A DNA stretch of 64,000 bases, from positions 1 through 64,000 of the forward strand of contig MU057990.1 in assembly GCA_013265495.1 (NCBI GenBank). Reading direction: 5' to 3'. This DNA comes from Vicugna vicugna (taxonomy: Eukaryota). The notes under the pieces are model-generated. The model made no database searches. It worked only from the letters and a program-made list of their open reading frames with translations, and was not told where the DNA came from. This document shows, piece by piece, positions 37,796 to 49,649 of the stretch; within the stretch, counting starts at the first letter, position 1, and each line of letters begins with the position of its first letter. The translations under genes and the position numbers were made by a program.

Positions 37796-38959
37796 TGCGT
37801 ACAGAGGCAGAGGGTTCCAGGTGGCTGGAGGCTGAGAGGCACTGCCTGCCCCACTGCTGTGCTTGCAATCACTCCCTGTGTGTGACGTGCACCCCTGGAG
37901 CTCCACAGATGAGAGAGGATGCTCTTGCTTTGTGAGCTCCCGACTGACTGAAGTCCCATACCACAGGTGACATGGGACAGTGGCCTCAGGGTGAGGAAGT
38001 GGAAGGAGGGAGCACCATGGAAGACATGAAGGGGAAAGACAGAGATTCCGTGACCTCCACTCAGAGGCTCCTATGCCCTGACTGCTGACAGGAGGTTGCC
38101 CAAGTGGCAAAACCCGCTGGAGAGCTTGTCTGGGGACTGCCCTGGGCCAAGTTTCATCACCAGCTATTTTTATTTTTAGCCTATGCCACCTCTCCGAGTA
38201 ATCAGGTCTATAAATGTCCATACAACTTGCTGTCCCTGGGCCCAGGGCAGAAGGGAGCAGCTGAAAAAGCTTGTGCTAGCCTCGTGCTGGGCAATTTGCT
38301 GCCCTCAATTGGCAGATGCCTGGCTCCCTGGTGCCGGAGTTACCTCCTGGGGCATGGCCCTAAATTCTTTGGGCACCACATTATCACCATCACCCATCAC
38401 CCCTCACCATCTCTCCGCCAATCAGTTGTCAGAAAGAGGGTTCCCTGAGCACAGGTAAAATCAGTAGTTGTCAGTATGCAGATCACAGCAAGCCCAAGTC
38501 CCACACCATCCACAGGATGGGTTCTCCAAGACCAGTCTTTTGGGGAAGAAGAGGGCAGTCTCCCAGCCTGGGTGATGCCTGGAGCTGGTGGACTGGTTCA
38601 TGCCCTCCCCTCTCTTTTGGTCCCCCTGCCCCCTGCTGACAAGCTGCTTCCACCCTGGGCTGCTTTGAACATGTGTCTGGGCTCTCAGGTACCCCACACA
38701 CCCCTCTCATTCTGGTATTGTTCCTGCAGAGTGGGGGAGGTGGGGTTGGGCTCCGGCCTTGGGCAGGTGACCAGCTAGGGAACCTCAGTTTCCTCCCCTG
38801 GTAAAATGGGAAGAAAAATCATAGGCCTTATAGGATGGCTGCCCTTGAAATGAAGGACTCACAACTCTAGTGTCTGCCCCCCCCGCAAATCTGCCAGCTT
38901 CTCCCCACCAAGACTTATTTTTATGCTTTACCCAGCCAGCTTGTGCCCTTGCATGCAGA

Positions 38960-39145
38960 CTGACATTTCCCCTCCTTAATTTTCCTCCACCACATTTATC
39001 ACCATCTGACATACTAGGGATTTGCTTGTTTATTCTCTGTCCCCAAGGGCAGGGATGTGGGTGTGTCTTGTTCACTGATGTGTATCTGGCTCCTGGAACA
39101 ATGCCCAGCACATAGTAGAGGTTTAATAGACATTTGTTGAATGAA
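38960..39145 (+). mobile_element. L2 3' end
   Basis: gtcttgttcactgatgtgtatctggctcctggaacaatgcccagcacatagtagaggtttaatagacatttgttgaatgaa. Confidence 0.8.
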
Positions 39146-39959
39146 CCCCCCTCCAAATATGCATCTCTTCTTTTGTTGTATGTCTTAGCGAGCGGCCCCA
39201 CAATTTCCCCACTGCCCAAGCCAGAACACTGGTCCTCCCTGACTCCTCCCTTAGCCTCACACCCTATATGTCGCCAATGGTTAAGACGTGACCAGCCTAC
39301 CACCTCATGGTCCCTGGTCCTTCTCTCCATCCTCTCATCACCACAACAGTTTGAGCCATTTAGATGAAAGAAATAGACCTCTAGCTTGACTTCTGGAGTC
39401 ATATTTTGCCCTCATCTCACTCATTCTCCATGCTGAAGATAGAATGATGTCACCGGCACATGATGGGCTGAGAATCACCCAGTGGTTCCTCATTGCTCCC
39501 AGGATAAAATTCCAACCTGACTCCTCTCACCTATGCACACTCATCTCTAGCCAGCTCTCCCCCTATCCTACTCCCCTGCCCCCAGCTTCCCTACACTCTA
39601 GCAATACAGAATTGTCTTTCCTTCACTGGGTTTCTTTCCCTGTCTCTCCCCATCTGCCCCACCTCATCACTCCCTGCCTGGAACATTTTTGGTCCTCCCC
39701 GCACTATGCCTCACCTCCACCAGCCCTCCTTTGCTAGGCCGCTTCCCACACTTTCTGCAAGTCATATCCTCCAGGAAGCCTTCTCTCTATGTCCCCCTGA
39801 CCTCTCCACCCATTCTAGAATACATGCTCTTTCCAGTGCTCCCATAGCACTATGCATTTCCTCTCTCTTAACGTTTAATATAGCATTGCACCTGCACTTT
39901 TATTTCCCCCCCTAGAATGTAATCTCCGAGGACATGAACTATATCTATCCTTACTTTTA

Positions 39960-40185
39960 CTTAACACTTTTATAGAGCTTACTGTGTGCTAAGTACTTCT
40001 ATAAATGCCTTGTAAATATTAATTTATTTAATCCTCACAACGATTTGATGAAGTGCTGTTGTTATTTCCATTATACAGATGATGACGCTGAGGCAGAGAG
40101 AGGTTAAGTAACTTGCCAAAGGTCACACAGCTAGTGAACAGTACAGCTGGGATTTGAACCACTGAATCCAAGTTCTTAACTGCTA
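39960..40185 (-). mobile_element. MIR SINE
   Basis: atttaatcctcacaac...atacagatgatgacgctgaggcagagagaggttaagtaacttgccaaaggtcacacagctagt. Confidence 0.88.
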
Positions 40186-42238
40186 TAACATGACATGCCC
40201 CTTGTTCACTAATGTATTCTCATTGCCTGTCACATAGAGGGTCCACCCGAGGAACATTCGAATAAAAGAAAGGATGACTAAATGAATGGATTGTGGAAAT
40301 AACAAAGTCCTTTGTGGGAGCAGTGGGAGGAGAAGTGGTAGCCACAGACTGAGACAGAGATTAAGTTTGGGAGTCAGGGAAGTTGAAAGCAAACAGTCCA
40401 AGGGGTAAGGAAGACGCCAGGAGAAGTGGCAGGCGATGAAAGGCAAGGTGGCGGGGGCAGGGGGAGCTCAGAAAGGCAAGTGACAAATAGCTCTGCCGTC
40501 AACAAAGGAAAATATAGAACAGACCGTTGGATTTGGCCAGGAGCAGGCCCCTGGGACCTCAAAGTCGTTTCCAAAGAGTGTTGGGGAGAGAAACCAGATT
40601 GCATGGCTTGAGGAGGGAGTGGATGGTGGAGAAAGCAGACAGTGAGGTTTTACTCCCCTCTGAGCCATGAAAGGTGGAATTTGGGAGGGGGGTGTAATCA
40701 GGTTAAGTCAGGTCTTCTTGTCGAGTTGTGGTGATTAGGGCCTGCTCAAAGGCAAGAGGTAACAGATCTTTGGCGAGTGAGAAGCAAACCAGCCATCACC
40801 AAAACAAAGAGTCCGCTGTCTGGTGGTGGACCACAGCACGGCCAGCCACGTGAAAGGTAAACACGGGCACAGAATGCTAAAGTCTGTGGTCAAGGGAATG
40901 GAGGCCGGGAGAGCAGTGCTGGGTAGGAATTCCTTCCTGAGAGATGTCTGGTAACTGCAGACATGAGGTAGAAAGGTCTGGAAGGAGGGAGTCTGGTGAA
41001 GTATTAAAGTGAAGTGATTTAGAGGCTACGAGCGGAAGAAAAGGGAATAAAGAGTAGAGACGTGAAGAGAAAAGAGGCAACTGTTGTCAAAGAAGCTCAG
41101 CAGTCAGGAGAAAACCAGAAAGAAGTCAGGCCCATGGGTGTCAGTCATAGAGCTACCATGAAACAAGGATTCTGTCCACTGGCCAGGGGTGCTGGCGACA
41201 GTGAGCCTGAACTTTGGAAGCAGCTGGGAAGAGGATTTGGCCAAGGGAGCCAAACACTGAGCCCAAAGAAGAGTCATTTCATAAGGAAGCAGGACTAGAA
41301 CAACAGGGAAGCTGCAGGGGTTCTGGATGGGGGGCAGGTGTCAGCTCAGGGGCTTGGTCCAAACTGGTCTACTGGGGCCCAAATCTCAAAGACCCTGCCT
41401 CCACAGGGACAGGAAACTGGCTGACTACCCTGCTGGGGTGCAGGGCAGTGGTGGGGGAAGAGGGGAAGGAGGGGGAAAGGCAACGGAGGGGGGTTGGTAA
41501 CAGGCCGGGCCAACAAGCTGTGAGGAAAGGAGAGTCTGGGAAGACAATGAAAGGGTGGCCACAGCATGTGCAGCAACTTCTTTCAGCAACCAGTGATTGA
41601 GCAGGCCCTTCACACCAGGCTGTTGGGTATTGGCTCAGCTCGCTCTCTGGGAGTTTATACTCCAGTAGTGGACAAAGTCAGAGCACAGATAAAGTCAGAG
41701 CACAAATCAATCTATAACATGAGGTGGCTGATGTTCTGTAGCAGAGACAGATGCAGAAAGGTCTGGGGAGGGGGCTGTGGTCAGTGTCAATGTGTGCCAA
41801 AGAAATGCAAGAAAAAGGTCTATACCCACTCCAGCATAATACAGGGTTTACTTTCCTCTAGGGAGTGAAGAAGAGAGGCTTCAGACTAAGCGCCTGGAAT
41901 TTGGTTTAATCTGAGTAAACCCATAAATCCACTAGATGGCTAGTTTTGATATATTGTCACTTTGGTAGTCTATAATGAAGACATGGATATTTGTCAGAGT
42001 CTATATTTATAGATTTTCGATTTCATTTGCACTTAGAGCAGAAAAGATCAAAAATAACATGCTGTGTTAGAAAAAAAATACATGAAAAGGCCTTCCCCAG
42101 GAGCACGGGGTGACTGGAACCACTTGTGTTTCCTTAGCATTTTGGGGGAAACTGTTTCAATAGTATTCACCCTGGAGGGATTTTTTTTGGAATACTTTGT
42201 AATTTTTAACATAACCTTTTTTTATGATTATAAAAGTA

Positions 42239-42356
42239 TATATGAAAATGAATATATGTATGTATATGCAAGACTGGGACATTGTGCTGTACAACAGAAA
42301 CTGACATATTGTAATTGACTGTATTTCATTAAAAATTTTTTTAAATACTTAAAAAA
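42239..42356 (+). mobile_element. Short young L1 3' end
   Basis: gaaaatgaatatatgtatgtatatgcaagactgggacattgtgctgtaca...A-tail; ataaaagta on both sides. Confidence 0.8.
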
Positions 42357-42436
42357 ATAAAAGTAAGGCACACTCATTGTAGGAAAGTTAGGGGGAAAGT
42401 ATAAAGAAGATTTTTTTGCCATTTTAAAATACTGTC

Positions 42437-42643
42437 TGTGACCTGGGGCATATCACAGTCCATATATATATTTGTAATATAATATATATATTTATAATAT
42501 AATATATAATATTTATTTACATGTTGTAATTAAATACCTTGATTATATTTATTTATGTAAATGTATATGTTTGTTTATATATATTTAAGTACATAAATAA
42601 GGACTGTGAAAAAAATAAGGACTGTGATATGCCCCAGTTCACA
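42437..42643. mobile_element. AT-rich MITE with about 25-bp terminal inverted repeats, family unassigned
   Basis: tgtgacctggggcatatcacagtcc ... ggactgtgatatgccccagttcaca (1 mismatch). Confidence 0.7.
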
Positions 42644-42849
42644 TATATATGTGTGTGTGTGTATATATATATATAGCTCCTTATAGGAAATCCTGTATTT
42701 CTTCACCAAAGGATAGTTCAAACAAGCAATCAACCCCATGTATGCGATCTGGTGGGCTGATAGTGCTATATTACAAGTTGCAGTTGATTCCAACAAAAAC
42801 CGTGAACAAGGCAAAGTTTGTTTCCAGGTAAATATCCCATCCTCACCTA

Positions 42850-43388
42850 ATGCTAGGCAGAATTCTTAGATGGCCCCCATGAGCTCCACTGCGTGGTGAT
42901 GCCTTTTGTGTAATCTTCTCTCCCTGAGTGTAGATAAGACCTGGGTCTTGCTTCTAGTCAATAGAATCTGGCAAAGGTGATGGATGCCACTCTCATGACT
43001 AAGTTATGTTCCATAAGGCTTCGTCTTAGCAGACTGAAGTAAGTGATTGCCCTGCTGGCCCTGAAAAAGCAAACAGCCATATGGTGGACACCCTATGGAG
43101 GGGGCCTCATGGCAGGGCGGCAAGCGCAGGCAGACCTGCAGACAGCCACAAGGAAATTAATTCTGCCAATATCCATTGAGGATTCAGCTTCATCTTGGAA
43201 GCTGATTCCCAGCCATGCCTCCAGATAAAAACCCAGACTGGCCGACACCTTGATTGCAGTCTTGTGGGACAGAGCAGAGAATCCAGCTGCACCTGACTCA
43301 CAGCAAACGTGAGGTAATAAATGTGTATGTTGCTTTAACCTGTTGGATTTGCGGTAACTGGTTACACAGCAACAGAAAATGAACACAC
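42850..43388 (+). mobile_element. MLT1 (E-G-like) solo LTR
   Basis: ggcagaattcttagatggcccccatga...aatagaatctggcaaaggtgatgg...gacaccttgattgcag...gttacacagcaacagaaaatgaacaca. Confidence 0.82.
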
Positions 43389-45116
43389 TGGCCCCAGAAG
43401 CCCTGCACTTCTAGCACCCCAGCCCATGCAGGCATTGCTCTTCTCTAATAATGTTTGTATCAGAATGAAAATATAGACTTCTAGTGTCTTTTTCATCCTT
43501 ATTTCCCCATGAATTCCTGCCAGGCATATCCCACCACACCGGCCTGAATTGTGCCATGCACATTACAATCTCTGGCTGAAATTTTGTTCAACCCTTTCAA
43601 CCCAGAATTCCTCCCTTCCCACTTAGTGCCTCATCCAGGAAACCTGCTCTTCTAGACCACCGGACCATTGCTTCCACCACACTTTTTATTTGCATCTCTT
43701 TCTTGTCCTTGATTCATATATTACTATGTCTTTTCTGAAATCCCATTTTATGAAAATGTTATTGAATATGAATTTCCTATATATTACAAGGAGCATATAA
43801 AATGAAGTTGTAAGTTTACTGAAATTCAGGATTCCACTTGTGCATAGCATACTGCTAGGAATACACTCCTCTGTATTTAAAATTCGTGTTACATGAAGCA
43901 GTCAGCCAGGTGTGCCTGGCCACTTACTGAGCCTCCCCATACAGCCAGACTTGAGAAGTCCATTGTTGCCCTCATCTCGCTGTGCTGCACTTTCCTTTAC
44001 TGAAAATTGAATACAATGCTTTCTACCACAGTTATTTCAAAGACTAAATGAGACTAACGTGGGTGGCTGACACTTCATAGGTGGCTGAATCAGAATCCAG
44101 GTTGGCAAACCTTCCACGTGTAAAGGCTGTGCAGCCACAACAGTGGGTGGAATTATCACATGCAGGCCAATACTTCAAAGCGCTTGATGAAACTGAAGAA
44201 ACTTGTGCACACAAAAGGCCAATTTAGGTAACCGTGTTTAAGTTTTACTTTCCTTTCTCAGCAGATATACGTGGAATGCAAGGCCAGCAACCGCCTTACA
44301 AATACTGACCGAGAGTGGGGAGGGATCTGAAGGAATGCGAGTAGGTCTTGCCAGGAAAAGAAGTTTGCTGCTTCTGAAATGTTTTGGTCTTAGCCACTGG
44401 CAGGACTGATCGATTGCAGCTAGCAAAGCGTTTTCTGAGCAGCCTGTCCAAGCATCTGTTTCTGTACTTCTGCACAACTGTTGCTCAGATTCACTCTTCA
44501 TTCGAATTGTCTTCGAAGAGCAAGAGAAAAAAACATCCAAGCCACCCTAAGTATCCTAATAGCTTCCAAGTCCTTTAAAGGAGGGTCCTTAACATTTCCC
44601 CTTACCCCCTGCCTAGGTTCAAACTTCAACTCCCAGGGTTCGCCCAAGTCCCTCCCCTTGCCCTGTCATCTAATGAATATGCAAATGCAACATAATTGGC
44701 AGCCAATGGCGTAGGTTCTGGTCACATGGTGCCCATGGTAGGTGAGCGGACAGAAGTTGTGTGTCGGTGAACAGAGACAGCTCTCAGTCTGGGGCGAGCG
44801 CTTCAGTGAGCGTGGACGGATGCTAGGGCAGTAGTCCCTGCGGCGGCGGCGGCAGTAGTGGTGGCAGAAGAGAGGAAGGGGGAGGGCCCCGAGGGCTACA
44901 CACACTCACACTTTCAAGTTCCCTTGGAGGGAGAGGAGGTGGGGCTGCAGAAGGAGGAGGCCAGGAGCAGTTCCATCCGTCCCGTCCCGTCTCCCCCTCT
45001 TCCTCTTGCTCCCTGCACCCTGGCTCTGCGAGAGTTGAGGGTTCGGGTGGCAGTAAGCGGCAGTGAGGGCAAGAGAGCCAGGAGAGTGGGGAGCGGAGCT
45101 AGGGGTGCGGGGGAAG

Positions 45117-45227
45117 ATGCCCATCCTGCTGTTCCTCATAGACACGTCCGCCTCTATGAACCAGCGCACTGACCTGGGCACCTCCTATTTGGACATTGCC
45201 AAAGGCGCTGTGGAGTTATTCTTGAAG
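45117..45227 (+). CDS. INTS6L: INTS6L (Integrator complex subunit 6-like, DDX26B) coding exon 1, start of the VWA domain
   Basis: MPILLFLIDTSASMNQRTDLGTSYLDIAKGAVELFLK; A at -3; donor AAG|gtaaag at 45228. RTDLGTSYLDIAK and ELFLK match INTS6L as I recall it, not INTS6 (RSHLGTTYLDTAK, ETFMK). Confidence 0.96.
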
Positions 45228-45368
45228 GTAAAGGGAGGGGAGGGGAGAGATGGGGACAGTTCCCGAGGGATGGGGGTGGTGGTGGATTTAGGTGCTTCTG
45301 TAACGTTGGTATCGCCCCCTCCTCCCTTCTTCCCTTCGCGGCCCCCTTCGTCATCCCTCGTCCCGCAG

Positions 45369-45446
45369 CTGCGCGCCCGGGACCCGGCCAGCCGCGGAGA
45401 CAGGTACATGCTGGTCACCTACGATGAACCTCCGTACTGCATCAAG
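45369..45446 (+). CDS. INTS6L: INTS6L coding exon 2
   Basis: Acceptor cccgcag|CTG; LRARDPASRGDRYMLVTYDEPPYCIK; donor AAG|gtaaag at 45447; both junctions phase 0. I did not find exon 3 (expected AGWKENH...) in the window. Confidence 0.96.
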
Positions 45447-48400
45447 GTAAAGGGGCCATCCAGGGGGTGGGCCGGGCGGGAAGCGGTAGCAGGTCGGCGG
45501 GGGCTCCTTAGCCCCCGTGCCCCTCCCGAGGCGGTCCTGCGTCGCCCCGCGAGGACGCAGGGGAGCCGGGCCGGTGGCGGCGACGAGCGCTGCCGCCTCG
45601 GAAGATGGCGGACATTTTGCTTTTGTATGAGCCGGAGAGGGAGACCGAGGGCGCTGCTGAGATGGAAAGGAGGGAGGGGAGGGAGGAGAGGGGAAGGAGG
45701 GCCGAGACCCGGAGGGAGGCTGCGGGCGGGCCCGCCCCTTCGGGGCGCACCGCGCGCGGCGGCGGCCGAGGGGCCGGGCGGAGCCGGCGGCTCCGCCCCG
45801 AGGTGCTGCGGACTCGGCGCGCGGGTTTTCCTGGAGCCCCGGCTCCTCCTCTGGCCCCTCCCCCCCGCCCTTCGCCGCTTCTCCCCACCGCCCCGCCTTC
45901 CTCCCGCCTCCCTCCCCTTCCTGCTGAGAGCGTGGCAGAGCCGGCCGCCGGCTTTCAAAGATTAGACTACTGCTTTTGCACTTCTGTGGTCTCTAACCCA
46001 CCCCCACCCAATGGAAAATCCGTCCGCGGAGCCAGCCTCCAACCCCCAGACCCGGAGAAACTCTTTGCGCTTCTTCTCCGGAATCGGTTCGGTTAAACCC
46101 GGCTCTGTTACCTTAGCTACTGTTAGCGTTTCATTGGCGATTCCACCCAAGCCGCGACGGGCTGGGGCGGGGAGATGCCGAGTCGGAACCCGCGGGGACA
46201 GAGCTTTTTAGGGACCTGGCCTCCTATTTACATCATAAATTAGGTTTGTGTTAGTAGGAATTTGTCCAAGGAAAAGAAAGGAAGGAAGGAGAGGACTTGG
46301 CTGCGCGCAGTTACAATAGTCAAATTCGATGGCTTGATCCACAGGGTTCTGACCTGCAGGAGGAATGTAGGGAGGACTTCACCTCCGTGAGGTAGTTAAT
46401 TTACGTTCCTAATAGTGAGGCGATAAAGAACTGCTTGGCCTGCAGTGGCCCGATAAAATAGAACTCAGACTATTAAATCAACCTGCGTAAGAGTCCTGCT
46501 TGCACACTGAAATTTTAAAAATATATTACCATAATCCTTGACGTCTTTTGCTAGGAGGCCCTCTTCCTCAGAATTATCCTAATAGTGCCGAGGAGGCGCT
46601 GGATGTGCTGTAATCCGTTTCAGCCGAGTGAGGTGTTTAAAAGAATGGAACCTACCAAACTGAATAGTTGGCTAAAGAGAGCCTTCCTAAAGAAATAAAG
46701 TCAAACAGAGGCTTTACTTTTGTAACTCGAAGCTTCGGTTAACAGTTTGATTAGTAGGTTCTCCTTAAAACCCTTCTAATTTCGATGCTTTGTTTTCAGT
46801 TTTTGACTTATCTATTTAGAAAAATGAAGCAAGTAGACATCTTTAAAAATGCCATAAGCTTTTTAAACATGTCAGTTTCCTACACGGGTGTGACCATTTT
46901 TTCCACATAGAAAAGCAGATGTCTGTACATCCTAAGCCTGAAAGTCTACACCCTTTGAGTACTAATACAGATAAGAACCCACCGTTTGTAGTGTGGCCAT
47001 TTGAAATCCTCCTTAATTTGAAGTAGTAAAAAGGATAAACTACAAAGCAGTGTGCCTTTTTTTTTTCTTTAAAGGGATAACTCAACGTTTTCCTGGATGC
47101 CAAGACTCGTAGTTTAAAAATGGTTTTTGAGCTATAAAATTTTCATGGCAATATTTACAGCATCTTTGGAAAGGAAAAGGAAAGTTTGGCCCCACTCTTG
47201 ACAACCATCATTACAGCTTTTTTACCTAGCATTGTAATCATAGTGTACATATTACTTTGAGTTCTGTCTTTCCCACCTATTTAGTCCTATAAATTATTGC
47301 GGGTGCCACATAGTCTTCATACTTAAAATTTTTAGTGGCTGTGTAACTTACCCATGGTATTTTAGAGGCTTCAGATAGTTCTATGATCGGAGGGGAAAGG
47401 TTGGGTTTTGTTTTTCGTGGAAATTTCATTTGTTAGCTCTTTTTATCTTGCCATCTTGTACATTTTTTTCCTAAAGTAAAAAGCATTCTTCCAAGTTCAG
47501 TTTGCTTTTTTCCCTTATGCGGGGCAAGTACGAGAAGATGTTCTAATACTTTTCATTACTAACCTTAGTTTTCTTCTTTAGCCTTTTTGCTTTTCCAAAG
47601 TCATTCAGGCTTTTGATTTTAATCTTACATAATAACTCCATGTACTAGGAAATGTTTAATGAGCCTAATGATGTTGTCATTTTACTATCTATAACTGAAT
47701 TGCTAACGATAGGCCATATTTTGGTAGCATTTTCTTTCTCTGAGTCTCTTTCAGCCCCTCCCTCAGGCCCACCCCAACCCTCCCCGCAGCCTGTGGTAAC
47801 TATTTTGTTCTTTTGCTTTTAGGATCTAGCCATTTTGGAAAGTCTGAGACTTTAGAACATCTGGTGAATTTTTCTTAAAATTTAGTCTAATCTTTCACTT
47901 GCTAATAGCTGGAAGCCACAAATGTCTGTTTTCTGTCACACTGATTAACAAATAGGTCTTTATTTGATTGTCAGCAGGCATCTCAGCTCCTACTTAAAAC
48001 TGAGCTCCTCAGTCTGAGATACTTTCAGCAAACTGATGTTAGATAGGGTTTTATTTGTAACTTATTTTTCTGCAGAATAACATGAAGTGTATTTTCATTT
48101 TCTCTCCAGTTGGAGGGTGTATCTCTTCTCTGCTTACTTATTTCTCACGTCTTGGTTATGTCCAACTCCAAACACTGCAAAAAAATTTTTTTCCTACTAG
48201 AAGATTGACTTCTATTGGTGTTGTAACAGGCATGAGTTGTGCATTTGGTTGGAAGGTTTTTTTTCCCTAATAGGCGTGGAACTATTCCCAGTATATCCAC
48301 TTACAAGCTCTGACAATAAATCTTGTCGTGAAAAGTTACTGTGACTGGAATTTTTCACTAAAGTATACTACTGAGTGTGTGAATATAGTATTTCACCCGG

Positions 48401-49649
48401 GACTTAGTAGCTTCTTGCTGCATACCCCTTAGGACATGGCTGTGTGTGCTTTTCAAATTCGTCATACCTGTTACTTACAGTCAGCTTGGCATGGATAGAA
48501 TTAAGTTTGATATGGAGATCATATAAAAAGCACATGAAATGCAAGTATTTTGTGCTACGTCTGCTTCAAGTGTGGCTTTGTAGACAGGTTTTATACATAG
48601 TGTCACAGTGTTAATACTACATTTATACAATGTGTCTTTAGTGTACACAGCTAGGATGAAGCTGTTTAATATTTTAAAATTTCCAGTGTGTCCTTGTAAA
48701 ACTAATACATGATTTTAAAAGTGGGGTGGATGGTTATTTTTTTTTTTTGTATAATGATTCTTAATAGCTTTGGCTGAGGTTCTGCTGTCTTGTATGTTTT
48801 GTTTTGCTATGAGTCATAATTTCCTTTTATTCAGTGAATAGCAGAGGTAAGCTTTTCACTACTACTAACTCTGAACAAACTGAAGGCACCAAGAAGAAAG
48901 TGAGCCATGAGCCTGGAGCACATAATAATATAAGTTCAAAATAGTTTGATATTTGAAGCTACTTTCTTAAATTGATTGCCTTTTTACTGAAGGAAATGCT
49001 TTTTTAAAAAAACATAAAAATGAGTCATTTTTCTAGAAATAGCTGAGACACATGTAAACATCGTGGACAGAAGTTTGGTGGGTTTTTGTTTTTTACAACT
49101 AGGAAGAGATGTTTCAAAGAAATATCCCAAGTCTGTAATTTGAAACAGAGAGCATTTGAAAAATTTCCCTTGAGAGATGCTTTTTCACATCCTGTAGGCA
49201 GCCTTGCTTACTGGTATCTGCATGCCTTTGTCAACACGTATCAGCAAAAGACAGCATTTTGGCTTACAGATTTAGGAAGGAAACTGTGCTTTTTAAAAAT
49301 GATCTGTGTTCCAAGCATTTATTGGCATTTTAACTAAGGCTTAATTTTTCATATGCCCATTAGTATATTTTATGGGTCTTACCTGGAAAAGGAGTGGACT
49401 TTTAGGGGAGCCTTTCATTGTGATTGGAAGACAGGGAAGTGCTTTTGGGTCAAACAGTAGCAGCATGGTCTGTGAGAACTGTGTCAGGTTTGAGGCAATG
49501 GCAGGTGTGTTGAAAACTCAAAATGCCACAAAGGTGGTACATTGACTTTTATGATTCATTGTTTCTCCCCTGATCTTGCTTCCTTTTCACCTTCCTCACT
49601 GGCCATTTGAAGCATGTGATGATAGTTATTTCAAAATAAATAGGGGGTA

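Larger units (their letters stand above)
44660..46330 (+). promoter_or_regulatory. INTS6L: INTS6L promoter and CpG island
   Basis: High GC and CpG over exons 1-2; octamer ATGCAAAT 44679-44686, inverted CCAAT pair 44695-44707, E-box gtcacatg 44721-44728, YY1 aagatggcgg 45602-45611, GC boxes. Confidence 0.88.

Noticed and set aside
38785..39402. 205-aa minus-strand ORF
   Set aside because: Runs through L2 and MIR remnants (FNKCLLNLYYVLG is typical antisense L2); no recognisable homology.
45063..45965. 300-aa continuous ORF
   Set aside because: It is INTS6L exons 1-2 read through 5'UTR, intron 1 and GC-rich intron 2; canonical splice sites bound the recognisable parts, and the rest is Gly/Arg/Pro-rich CpG-island translation.
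45419..46096. Overlapping long ORFs on both strands
   Set aside because: Expected from stop-codon scarcity in GC-rich DNA; low complexity and no recognisable domain.
48245..48262. Possible INTS6L exon 3 (ggttggaagg)
   Set aside because: Matches only about 10 nt of the expected AGWKE codons; no acceptor and the frame does not continue.
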